Shown here: positions 9,282 to 16,738 of the stretch, piece after piece
Position numbering within the stretch: the first letter of the stretch is position 1
Layout: each line of letters opens with the position of its first letter
DNA from: Minisyncoccota bacterium
GTDB lineage: Bacteria > Patescibacteriota > Minisyncoccia > UBA6257 > JAGOQP01
Length of the DNA stretch: 64,000 nt
Assembly (NCBI GenBank): GCA_017991375.1
Contig: JAGOQP010000002.1
Coordinates: 2,259-66,258 of the forward strand
Reading direction: 5' to 3'
Made by a program: the position numbers and the translations under genes
The notes under the pieces: model-generated
What the model was told of the DNA's origin: nothing
What the model saw: only the letters and a program-made list of their open reading frames with translations
Databases searched by the model: none

Positions 9282-10352
9282 CTATCTCTCCTCCTTCATC
9301 GTCGCCTTCAGATCAATGATTTTTCCTTTCCTGATGATAGTGAGCGTCACCACACTTCCCACGCGAACATCTTCTAGCGCGTCTTGCAATGTGTGTTGAT
9401 TTGCGAGCAATTTTTTGTTCACGCGGATGATAATGTCTTTCTCTTTTAGTCCTGCTATGTCAGCGGAGCTTTTTGGGATAACCGCTTGTTGCCCGGGAGT
9501 TGGGCTCATAACAAGCGCGCCGTTACATACTGGTGTTTTAAATGTATGCTGCGTATCCCGATCTAAAATAATATAACGAACACCTAAAAATGGCCGACGA
9601 ATCACCCCTTCTTTTTTAAGCCGCGCGAGATCTTTTCGAATAACATTAATCGGAAGAGCAAACCCGATATTTTCTGCCTTAGTAACGCTTGCTGAATTAA
9701 TGCCGATGACGCGTCCTCGAAGATCAATAAGCGGCCCGCCGCTGTTTCCTGGGTTGATCGCGGCGTCTGTCTGAATAAGTCCGTGGAGATTTTCGGTAAT
9801 AGTGTCATTTTCTGCTTCGATGGAGCGAAAAAGCCCCGATACTATTCCGGCAGACACGGTGTTTCTAAAAAACCCTAGCACGTTTCCGATCGCTAGTACG
9901 GTTTGCCCCAAGACCACTAATGATGAATCTCCAACTGGAAGCGCTCGGAATTTTTTCTTTGGCGTTGTTTGTATTTTCAAAAATGCAACATCGTTTACGT
10001 AATCAGTTCCAACGAGCGTGGCTGAATAGGGAACTCCGTCGTGGGTAATAACCTGCCAATCAAGCTTACGATCGGCGATCACATGAATATTGGTCACCAC
10101 AATGCCGCTTGGGTCAATAATAAACCCCGATCCGCCACTCACATGCACTGACTCTCCCTCGATAGCGGTCGCCAGTTTTTTTGCTCGTTTTTTATCTCTA
10201 TCAAATACGGGAAACAATTCCGGGGACGATGAGCGAGAAAGTGTGTTGATATCTTTTGACGCGGATATGGAAACAACGGCTGGCAATGCTTTTTTAATAA
10301 CGCGCATTACTCTTCGTTCGACCGAAAAGAGAGATAAAAATGTGCTCAACAT
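9282..10352 (-). CDS. HtrA/DegP-family serine protease with PDZ domain
   Basis: Trypsin-like catalytic motif GNSGGPLIDLRGRVIGINSA; C-terminal PDZ-like region; true start may be the internal M (MRVIKKALPAVV). Confidence 0.9.
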   Translation of the reverse strand: MLSTFLSLFSVERRVMRVIKKALPAVVSISASKDINTLSRSSSPELFPVFDRDKKRAKKLATAIEGESVHVSGGSGFIIDPSGIVVTNIHVIADRKLDWQVITHDGVPYSATLVGTDYVNDVAFLKIQTTPKKKFRALPVGDSSLVVLGQTVLAIGNVLGFFRNTVSAGIVSGLFRSIEAENDTITENLHGLIQTDAAINPGNSGGPLIDLRGRVIGINSASVTKAENIGFALPINVIRKDLARLKKEGVIRRPFLGVRYIILDRDTQHTFKTPVCNGALVMSPTPGQQAVIPKSSADIAGLKEKDIIIRVNKKLLANQHTLQDALEDVRVGSVVTLTIIRKGKIIDLKATMKEER

Positions 10353-10452
10353 ATATGGTTAGTATACGCTACTCGTATAAAAAAATGAACCATAGCGGTA
10401 TTGTCGGGCATTAGAGTTTGTAAAAGCGTTTTATTAATTTTTCGTTAAAGCG

Positions 10453-10539
10453 CGGAGGGTACAGGATTTGAACCTGTGAGGGGATTTCTCCCCAACCGCA
10501 TTTCGAGTGCGGCGCGTTAGACCACTCTGCCAACCCTCC
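10453..10539 (-). tRNA. tRNA-Ser (anticodon CGA)
   Basis: Reverse-complement folds: acceptor GGAGGGT/ACCCTCC, anticodon stem CCGCA/TGCGG with loop CTCGAAA, long variable arm, T-arm ACAGG-TTCAAAT-CCTGT; 87 nt; no encoded CCA. Confidence 0.8.
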
Positions 10540-10567
10540 AGAATTAACCTACAACATACTTACTCGG

Positions 10568-10618
10568 TTAACGATTAAAGATGAAAGATAGATGGGTTAC
10601 ATGTAGAACGATAAACGT
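10568..10618. repeat. AT-rich direct repeat TTAACGATTAAAGATGAAAG..., copy 1
   Basis: About 80% identical to 11015-11068; the two copies bracket ORF 10697-11002. Confidence 0.6.
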
Positions 10619-10696
10619 GAAACGAGTCATAGATCAATACCATACCGTTAAGGATTAACGATCAATTTATCTGTTCCTCTTCTAACTTCCTTCTGT

Positions 10697-11002
10697 CTAT
10701 TCGTCTTCTTCTAAAATCTTTAGTATCATATCTTCCACGCTGATTTTTCCCATAGGTCGTTTACCATCGGATGATGTATCCAGTTCTTCCCATCGGGGTA
10801 TATAGCTCATTACTCCATTTTTTTTCGGGATGATAAAATGTTCATCGCTGAGCGTTATCTCAACATGAGGAAATTTTTCTCGCATTTTTCTTATGAGTTT
10901 TTGCGCGCGATCTGTTTCAATCCAATTTGAGTGGCCTCTGTTTCCATGGGAATCTTTTGTTTGTTCAATTTGTCGTGCCCAGTCGTTTTTTATGTGTTCC
11001 AT
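10697..11002 (-). CDS. hypothetical protein (101 aa)
   Basis: Intact ORF between direct repeats; no recognisable motif. Confidence 0.45.
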   Translation of the reverse strand: MEHIKNDWARQIEQTKDSHGNRGHSNWIETDRAQKLIRKMREKFPHVEITLSDEHFIIPKKNGVMSYIPRWEELDTSSDGKRPMGKISVEDMILKILEEDE

Positions 11003-11014
11003 AAATTTCTTTTG

Positions 11015-11068
11015 CTAACGATTAAAGATAAAAGGTAGATGAGTTAAATGTATAATGGTAAACGTTGT
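11015..11068. repeat. AT-rich direct repeat copy 2 (CTAACGATTAAAGATAAAAGGTAGATGAG...)
   Basis: See 10568-10618. Confidence 0.6.
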
Positions 11069-11129
11069 GCGATTATCAATTAACGATGAAAAGTAAAAGA
11101 TGAATGATCGTCCGCTCCTTCCTTCTTCA

Positions 11130-11298
11130 TTCAACGTTCAACTTTCCACACCCCGTCCACTCTTCGGCTTGCCCTGTTCTCACTCGTTTAACTTTCCACT
11201 TTCCACTCGTTCGTACCCCCGAGAGGAATATCCTTCGCCTCTCGTTTCGCCTTGCTTTCGTTCGTTTAACTTTCCACTTTTCACTTTCCACTCGTTCG
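11130..11298 (-). repeat. tRNA-Arg(CCU) 3'-flank element: GGAAAGTTAAACGA-type repeats plus a duplicated tRNA 3' end
   Basis: Bottom strand reads tRNA - CGAACGAGTGGAAAGTGAAAAGTGGAAAGTTAAACGAA - CGAAACGAGAGGCGAAGGA - TATTCCTCTCGGGGGTA (copy of the tRNA 3' 17 nt, top-strand 11215-11231) - further GGAAAGTTAAACGA repeats; same architecture as at 26205-26436. Confidence 0.7.
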
Positions 11299-11371
11299 TA
11301 CCCCCGAGAGGAATCGAACCTCTATCTATCCCTTAGGACGGGACTGTTCTAATCCGTTGAACTACGAGGGT
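11299..11371 (-). tRNA. tRNA-Arg (anticodon CCU)
   Basis: Reverse-complement: acceptor ACCCTCG/CGGGGGT, D-arm GTTC-AACGGATTA-GAAC, anticodon stem GTCCC/GGGAT with loop GTCCTAA, T-arm AGAGG-TTCGATT-CCTCT; 73 nt. Confidence 0.75.
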
Positions 11372-13013
11372 TTATAAGCAAAAAACACGTTGAAAACAGC
11401 CCTTGGGTATTGTATGCTAAGTGCGCATAAAAATTCAAATACCATGGGCCTATGGTATACCGGTAGAACGCCTCCATGGCATGGAGGAGAACGGGGTTCA
11501 ATTCCCCGTAGGTCCACCAAAGTTGATTAGTCGCCTCGCTCGGCGCTTCGCGCCTCGCTTCGGCAGGCATTTCCGCAAGGAAATGCCAAGGGTTTTTGAA
11601 ATCAATCGTCAATTTTCCCGCCGCAAGGCGGCGGTTCGAGCCGATGGTTTTGAGAAAATTTTTCATTTCCGAAAAATTTTCAGACAAAATGAGATTTTTG
11701 GCTTGGTTGGCCTCTAAAATCCAATTTCGGGTGAGTTCGAGCCAATGATTTCCTTTTCGCTCAAAATCCGATAATTTTTCCTCAATATCTTTCTTTTCCG
11801 CCATTAGTTTGTTTTTCTTTTCCTGAAATTCCGCCAGTTCAAAACTGCCTTCAAGATAGCCGTCCATTAAGCGGTCTATTTTTGTTTTTATGGCGGAAAG
11901 TTCGGTTTTAAGATTTTGAGCGAAAAGGTCTGATGTTTGGCGGTTTTCGCTTTCCCATTCTTTCACTTTGCAAAGATATTTTTCCCGCCAAACATCGGGC
12001 AAAGAAACTTTTTGACAAATCTCTTTTACTTGCTCGGTCAAAACTTCTTCCCGCAAAAAGCGAGCTTGAGAACAATTTTGCGTTTTGCTTTTGTGGGTGC
12101 AACGATAATAAACAAATTTTAGTCCGCTTTTCTTGATGTGCCGTTCGGCTGTTATGGCATATCCGCACTCGCCACAAACCGCAAAATTGAGAAATTGAAA
12201 GTTTTTCGGTCCTCGCTTTTTGCGGGGCTTGCCGTTTGTGATTAACGCTTCTTGTATTTGGTCAAAAAGTTTCTTTGAAATCATTGGCTTATGCGATCCT
12301 TGATGAATTTCGCCACGATAGCGAAAATGTCCGTAATAGAATGGATTAGTCAAAATTTTCTGAATGGTGGAAAGATGAGGCAGTTTCCCGTCTTTGCCAA
12401 CCAAGCCAAGAGAAAACATTTTGCCTTGAATAGCGGTAAGCGTGTAATTGCCAGTGGCAAAAGCCCGCAAAACTTCTTTCACTTTGTTAAAAGTTTTTCT
12501 ATCGGGTTCTATAGTTCGCAGACGAGGTTCGTTGAAATATCCGAGCGGGGCTTTTGCCGATAGCTCACCGCGTCTTATTTTCTGCCTGATTCCGCGCAAA
12601 ATGTTTTCTCTTAAATTGTCGGTGTAATACTTTGCTTGTCCGAAGGCGACAGACAACATAAATTTTCCCTGCGGTGTCGCTTCAAACCAAAATGTGGGGA
12701 ATTTTAGCGATTCAATCTTTTTTGTGTCCACAAGGTAAATTACTTTTCCGCCGTCTATTGAATTTCTAGCCAATCTATCGGGATTCCACGCTAAAATTCC
12801 CGAAGCGTTGCCTTTTTCAATTTCCGAAAGCATAAAATTAAAAACTTCTCGGCCCGGCTCTTTGGCTGTTTTGCTTTCGTAAAATTCTTTGACGACAAAA
12901 AGATTGTTTTGTTTGGCAAACTCGCGAAGTTCCGTGAGCTGGGCCTCAATAGACAAAACTTGTCTTTCCTCGTCCTCGCTTGATTTGCGACAATAGATAA
13001 AGTATTTTATCAT
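11349..13013 (-). CDS. large serine recombinase (resolvase/invertase N-terminal domain + recombinase domain + zinc ribbon + coiled coil)
   Basis: N-terminus MIKYFIYCRKSSEDEERQVLSIEAQ...AWNPDRLARN (serine-recombinase catalytic domain); CGECGYAITAERH...YYRCTHK zinc ribbon. The ORF has no stop until 11349, so it reads through IR-A, antisense tRNA-Ala and into tRNA-Arg; the true C-terminus is probably upstream (~455 aa to the IR boundary). Confidence 0.85.
   Translation of the reverse strand: MIKYFIYCRKSSEDEERQVLSIEAQLTELREFAKQNNLFVVKEFYESKTAKEPGREVFNFMLSEIEKGNASGILAWNPDRLARNSIDGGKVIYLVDTKKIESLKFPTFWFEATPQGKFMLSVAFGQAKYYTDNLRENILRGIRQKIRRGELSAKAPLGYFNEPRLRTIEPDRKTFNKVKEVLRAFATGNYTLTAIQGKMFSLGLVGKDGKLPHLSTIQKILTNPFYYGHFRYRGEIHQGSHKPMISKKLFDQIQEALITNGKPRKKRGPKNFQFLNFAVCGECGYAITAERHIKKSGLKFVYYRCTHKSKTQNCSQARFLREEVLTEQVKEICQKVSLPDVWREKYLCKVKEWESENRQTSDLFAQNLKTELSAIKTKIDRLMDGYLEGSFELAEFQEKKNKLMAEKKDIEEKLSDFERKGNHWLELTRNWILEANQAKNLILSENFSEMKNFLKTIGSNRRLAAGKLTIDFKNPWHFLAEMPAEARREAPSEATNQLWWTYGELNPVLLHAMEAFYRYTIGPWYLNFYAHLAYNTQGLFSTCFLLINPRSSTD
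11446..11519 (+). tRNA. tRNA-Ala (anticodon GGC), CCA encoded
   Basis: Acceptor GGGCCTA/TAGGTCC with the G3:U70 Ala identity pair; anticodon stem CCTCC/GGAGG with loop ATGGCAT; T-arm CGGGG-TTCAATT-CCCCG; ends ACCA. Confidence 0.8.
11514..11637. repeat. IR-A left copy (124 bp)
   Basis: Reverse complement of 13156-13279 with 2-3 mismatches; contains hairpins GGCATTTCC-gcaa-GGAAATGCC and CCGCCGC-aa-GGCGGCGG; outer end overlaps the tRNA-Ala CCACCA. Confidence 0.9.
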
Positions 13014-13155
13014 AATTTTTAGAAGTTTTTAATTTTATAAAAAGGCAACGCTTTACACCGACAATTTATTAAAATCTCATTTTGTATTCCGCTGAAGGCG
13101 GAAGAAAACCATCGGCTCATTGCGGCTTTGGCGCAATACAAATTCTTAAATTTGT

Positions 13156-13279
13156 GAACCGCCGCCTTGCAGCGGGAAAATTGGCGATTGATTTCAAAAA
13201 CCCTTGGCATTTCCTTGCGGAAATGCCTGCCGAAGCGAGGCGCGAAGCGCCGAGCGAGGCGACTAATCAACTTTGGTGG
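13156..13279. repeat. IR-A right copy (124 bp)
   Basis: See 11514-11637. Confidence 0.9.
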
Positions 13280-13561
13280 TGTTTGTTGGAAAAAGTCAGA
13301 ACTCATTTTGAACAAAATCCCGACTAATTCGCTCCGCCCCGCCGCCGCTCGCTTCGCTCGCTGTTCCGCAAAAAAAGTTTTCTTCGCATTTTTTGATTTG
13401 GCGCGCGATTTCTTTTTCTTCTAAAAGGAAAACAAAACTTTTTTGCGAGACCCTGCTCTGAACGAGCAGGGCGGCGGGGCTTCGCTTCGGCTCGGGCGAG
13501 GCGGAATTCCCCCCACACCCCCCTTCCGCCTCGCCCTCGCTTTGGACGCCGACGGAATTTG
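13278..13561. repeat. IR-B left copy (284 bp, GC-rich)
   Basis: Near-perfect reverse complement of 16141-16424; GC about 60% versus about 35% for the enclosed cargo; contains hairpins GAGGCGGAA-N17-TTCCGCCTC and GCCCTGCTC-gttca-GAGCAGGGtC; abuts IR-A. Confidence 0.9.
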
Positions 13562-13746
13562 TATTTTGCTTTGCAAAATGCACCGCAGAAAAAAGAGGTG
13601 TTGCCCTTGCCCCAACCCACCCGTGCGCGGGCAACGATAAGGAACTCCCTAATTTCGTTTGACTAAATGATAAAAATTTCATATACTAACTATTGATGAT
13701 AAAGGTTTTATATCCTCACTAACTATCATAGTAAAACTATACGAAT

Positions 13747-13956
13747 ATGTCAAACGAAAAATCCACAATCGGCGAGAATATAAAAAAATACCGAAACAAG
13801 CTCGGTATTTCACAGGATCAGCTTTCAAAGAAAGCGGATTTGGCTTTTCATACTATCGCCAAAATTGAAGCAGGCGCAACGCCCAATCCCACCATTGATA
13901 CTGTTAAAAAAATAGCGAGCGCATTGGGCGTTTCGCTTGATGTATTAATGAAATAA
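13747..13956 (+). CDS. XRE-family helix-turn-helix transcriptional regulator
   Basis: 69 aa; IKKYRNKLGISQDQLSKKADLAFHTIAKIE is a canonical Cro/C1 HTH. Confidence 0.8.
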   Translation: MSNEKSTIGENIKKYRNKLGISQDQLSKKADLAFHTIAKIEAGATPNPTIDTVKKIASALGVSLDVLMK

Positions 13957-14070
13957 AAACAACATCGGGGTGTTTAAAAGTTGCCTTTTTAGCCTAATTT
14001 GATATAATAAGTTTAATATGTTTCTACATAATATATACAAAAATACCACACTTTCTTTTCCTACCGTCAC

Positions 14071-14113
14071 TTAACCGGTTGTTTTAGTGCATGAGCAAAA
14101 AACAACCGGTTAA
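14071..14113. terminator. inverted repeat TTAACCGGTTGTTTT-N11-AAAACAACCGGTTAA followed by T-rich tract (terminator and/or operator)
   Basis: 15-bp perfect arms, downstream ttgttttttaaatttt; lies between the xre gene and the rnk-like gene. Confidence 0.4.
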
Positions 14114-14140
14114 AACGGTTGTTTTTTAAATTTTAAACCT

Positions 14141-14536
14141 ATGACCAACATATATATTACAAAAAATGATCACAAAAAATTGATCAAGTTGATAAATGAA
14201 AAATTGCCGGATAACGACAGTACTCGTTCTTTGCTTTCTGAACTTAAAAGAGCGGAAATTGTTGAACCGGAAAAGATCCCGGCCAATATCATCACCATGA
14301 ATTCCTTGGTGAATTTTACAGATGTAGATTCGGGGACGGAACTTGAGTATCGGTTGGTTTTCCCCGAGGATGCCGACATTGCTCAACGCAAGATATCGGT
14401 GATTTCTCCGGTGGGGTGTGCTTTATTGGGGTATCGCGTTGGTGATATCATTAATCTTAAAACACCGAGCGGAGAGAAAAAAATCAAAGTCGAAAAAATA
14501 TTGCACCAACCCGAAGCCGAAGGCAATTATGAATAA
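14141..14536 (+). CDS. Rnk-like regulator (GreA/GreB C-terminal FKBP-like domain)
   Basis: C-terminus ISVISPVGCALLGYRVGDIINLKTPSGEKKIKVEKI matches the GreA/GreB C-terminal domain consensus; 131 aa, as for Rnk. Confidence 0.65.
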   Translation: MTNIYITKNDHKKLIKLINEKLPDNDSTRSLLSELKRAEIVEPEKIPANIITMNSLVNFTDVDSGTELEYRLVFPEDADIAQRKISVISPVGCALLGYRVGDIINLKTPSGEKKIKVEKILHQPEAEGNYE

Positions 14537-15185
14537 TATGATAAACAAGAATAAAATAAGCACAACAATCCGCTTTTTGATATTGTCTGACTTTTTTCTT
14601 TTTTTTGCTGTCGGTTTATTGGCCCCAATATTCGCCGTCTTTGTCCTTGAAAATATAGAAAATAAAATAGAAGTTATCGGTTTTGCCATGTCTTGCTACT
14701 GGTTGACCAGAGTGATTATGGTTGTTCCACTTAGTCGGCTGATGGATAAAATCAGAGGTGAAATTGACGAATGTTCGTTCATGATTATTGGCACCTTTTT
14801 AATATCAATCATTCCTTTGTTTTACATCATGTCATCTGCCCCTTGGCATATTTATGTATTGCAGATAGTGAACGGAATTGCTAACTCTATGGCGGTTCCG
14901 GCTTGGCGTATTCTCTTTACCAATCACATAGATAAAAAAATTGTTGGTCTTGAATGGTCGTTAGAAGATGTCGGGGTTGGCATCGCTACGGCCTCCAGCG
15001 CCACTATCGGCGCTTTTATTGCCAGCAAACTGGGTTTTAACGTTTTGTTTGGAATGATTTCGTTTTTTGGTTTATTAGCGACAATAATTCTTATTGTTTT
15101 GAGCAAGAAAAAAGGAATGATTTTAAGTAAATTTATCATCAATAAAGCGGAAAAAGCACCGCTCAAGTTGGATACTTTTAAATAA
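14526..15185 (+). CDS. six-TM half-size MFS-like membrane transporter
   Basis: Six predicted TM helices; start taken at ATG 14526, overlapping the upstream gene end. Confidence 0.45.
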   Translation: MMNNMINKNKISTTIRFLILSDFFLFFAVGLLAPIFAVFVLENIENKIEVIGFAMSCYWLTRVIMVVPLSRLMDKIRGEIDECSFMIIGTFLISIIPLFYIMSSAPWHIYVLQIVNGIANSMAVPAWRILFTNHIDKKIVGLEWSLEDVGVGIATASSATIGAFIASKLGFNVLFGMISFFGLLATIILIVLSKKKGMILSKFIINKAEKAPLKLDTFK

Positions 15186-15189
15186 ATTT

Positions 15190-16122
15190 ATGGCAATCAA
15201 TTTATTAATTTTTATTATCTCGCTTTACGCCATTGCCAAAGGAGCGACAATGGCCACAAAATATTCCGTCAAACTGGCAGAAAATTTTAGAATCTCAAAA
15301 TTTCTGGTCGGTTTCATGATCGTGGCAATAATTTCAATCCTCCCCGAAACATTTGTTGCCATTAATGCTTCATTGGAAAATATTCCCTCATTCGGACTTG
15401 GTACTCTGTTCGGATCAAATGTCGCTGACTTGACTTTAGTTTTTGCGGTAGTTGTGTTTCTCACCGGCAAAAAGTTAAAAGTTGAAGGGAAAATTTTAAA
15501 GAATAACATTGTGTATCCATTTATACTTTTATTGCCATTAATATTGGGTTTAAATGGACACTATTCGAGACTTGAGGGTCTGACTCTGATTGTTGCGGGA
15601 GGAATATTTTATTATCTTGCTCTGAGAAACGGAACTAACCATTCTGCCGTGGTACACAATGGGCATAACGGGAAAAGCAAAAACTTTCTACTTCTATTAT
15701 TTAGCATGGCAATCTTATTGGTAGGATCACATTTTACCGTTACTTCTGCTGTAGGAATCGCCAATTATTTTAATATAAACCCTGTTCTTATTGGAATGCT
15801 TGTCGTAGGACTTGGTACAACCATTCCAGAATTACTTTTCTCACTAAAATCTGTCAAAAAACACGATGATTCGTTAGCTGTCGGAGATATTCTCGGTACA
15901 GTGCTTGCTGATGCTACTATCGTAGTGGGGATACTCGCCTTGATCAATCCATTTTCATTTCCACAAAAAATCATTTATATAACTGGCATGTTTATGGTCG
16001 GCGCTTCGTTTATGTTGTTTAAATTTTTGAAAACTGGCCGTACTCTTTCAAAAAAAGAAGCTTGTTTGTTGATTATTTACTGGTTGCTTTTTGTAGTTGT
16101 GGAATTTACGGTAAACAGGTAA
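15190..16122 (+). CDS. CaCA-family cation/Ca2+ antiporter (YrbG-like)
   Basis: Two alpha-repeat motifs: ISILPETFVAI and GLGTTIPELLFSL; about 10 TM helices. Confidence 0.7.
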   Translation: MAINLLIFIISLYAIAKGATMATKYSVKLAENFRISKFLVGFMIVAIISILPETFVAINASLENIPSFGLGTLFGSNVADLTLVFAVVVFLTGKKLKVEGKILKNNIVYPFILLLPLILGLNGHYSRLEGLTLIVAGGIFYYLALRNGTNHSAVVHNGHNGKSKNFLLLLFSMAILLVGSHFTVTSAVGIANYFNINPVLIGMLVVGLGTTIPELLFSLKSVKKHDDSLAVGDILGTVLADATIVVGILALINPFSFPQKIIYITGMFMVGASFMLFKFLKTGRTLSKKEACLLIIYWLLFVVVEFTVNR

Positions 16123-16140
16123 AATAAGTGTACAAAGCCT

Positions 16141-16424
16141 CAAATTCCGTCGGCGTCCAAAGCGAGGGCGAGGCGGAAGGGGGGTGTGGGGGGAATTCCG
16201 CCTCGCCCGAGCCGAAGCGAAGCCCCGCCGCCCTGCTCGTTCAGAGCAGGGTCTCGCAAAAAAGTTTTGTTTTCCTTTTAGAAGAAAAAGAAATCGCGCG
16301 CCAAATCAAAAAATGCGAAGAAAACTTTTTTTGCGGAACAGCGAGCGAAGCGAGCGGTGGCGGGGCGGAGCGAATTAGTCGGGATTTTGTTCAAAATGAG
16401 TTCTGACTTTTTCCAACAAACACC
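16141..16424. repeat. IR-B right copy (284 bp)
   Basis: See 13278-13561. Confidence 0.9.
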
Positions 16425-16480
16425 ACTGCTACTCCGCCGCAACGAGATCAGTAAACCCAGGAAAACTATTCATGTTTTTT

Positions 16481-16522
16481 CTCTACCACAAATCTCCACG
16501 ATCGTGGAGATTTGTGGTAGAG
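16481..16522. repeat. 42-bp perfect palindrome CTCTACCACAAATCTCCACGATCGTGGAGATTTGTGGTAGAG
   Basis: Self-complementary; second copy (36 bp) at 32075-32110; both followed by AAGTGTTA. Confidence 0.95.
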
Positions 16523-16543
16523 AAGTGTTAGGTAGTTCACGTG

Positions 16544-16579
16544 CCCTTCCGTAGTCCGCCCTTGGTGGATGTAGGAGGG
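16544..16579 (+). repeat. REP-like hairpin element, copy 1 (CCCTTCCGTAGTCCGCC...TGGATGTAGGAGGG)
   Basis: Family consensus CCCTTCCGTAGTCC-loop-GGAC-N-AGGAGGG; other copies at 25427, 26664 (-) and 41435 (-). Confidence 0.75.
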
Positions 16580-16667
16580 CTAATCACTCCAGTTATAGAT
16601 TAGTCCTTCTCTGGCTGATGGTAATTATCCGTTTCACTTTCTACGTTTAACATTCCACTCTTCTTTG

Positions 16668-16738
16668 TCGGGCTGCTGGGAATTGAACCCAGGCCGTATG
16701 CTCCCAAAGCATATATACTACCGTTATACTACAGCCCG
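16668..16738 (-). tRNA. tRNA-Pro (anticodon UGG)
   Basis: Reverse-complement: acceptor CGGGCTG/CAGCCCG, anticodon stem TATGC/GCATA with loop TTTGGGA (G37), T-arm CTGGG-TTCAATT-CCCAG; 71 nt. Confidence 0.75.

Larger units (their letters stand above)
11514..13279. mobile_element. IS-like unit: serine recombinase gene bounded by 124-bp inverted repeats, abutting tRNA-Ala
   Basis: IR-A copies at both ends and a single recombinase gene inside; the left end is fused to the tRNA-Ala 3' terminus. Confidence 0.6.

Noticed and set aside
11100-11352. ORFs 11100-11336, 11104-11352 (+) and 26193-26447 (-) sharing FNFPLFTFHSFVPP-like peptides
   Set aside because: They overlap tRNA genes and the GGAAAGTTAAACGA repeat blocks. 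The shared peptides reflect repeated non-coding DNA, not genes.
11349-11520. Treating the full 554-aa recombinase ORF as the true protein
   Set aside because: The last ~57 codons run antisense through tRNA-Ala and into tRNA-Arg, and the preceding ~42 codons lie in IR-A. I kept the ORF coordinates but flag that the real stop is uncertain. It is probably not a pseudogene, as the catalytic N-terminus is intact.
11421-11717. ORF 11421-11717 (+) and ORF 13019-13315 (-) sharing PPKLISRLARRFAPRFGRHFRKEMPRVFEINRQFSR
   Set aside because: These are translations of the two IR-A copies (and of tRNA-Ala). They are antisense to the recombinase ORF and have no independent support.
13296-13682. ORFs inside IR-B (13296-13682 minus, 16128-16406 plus; also 13324-13620 and 16184-16378) encoding identical 92-128-aa peptides
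   Set aside because: Identical because they translate the two inverted-repeat copies. They are Ala/Gly/Arg-rich low-complexity products of GC-rich structured DNA with no RBS, so they are most likely spurious.
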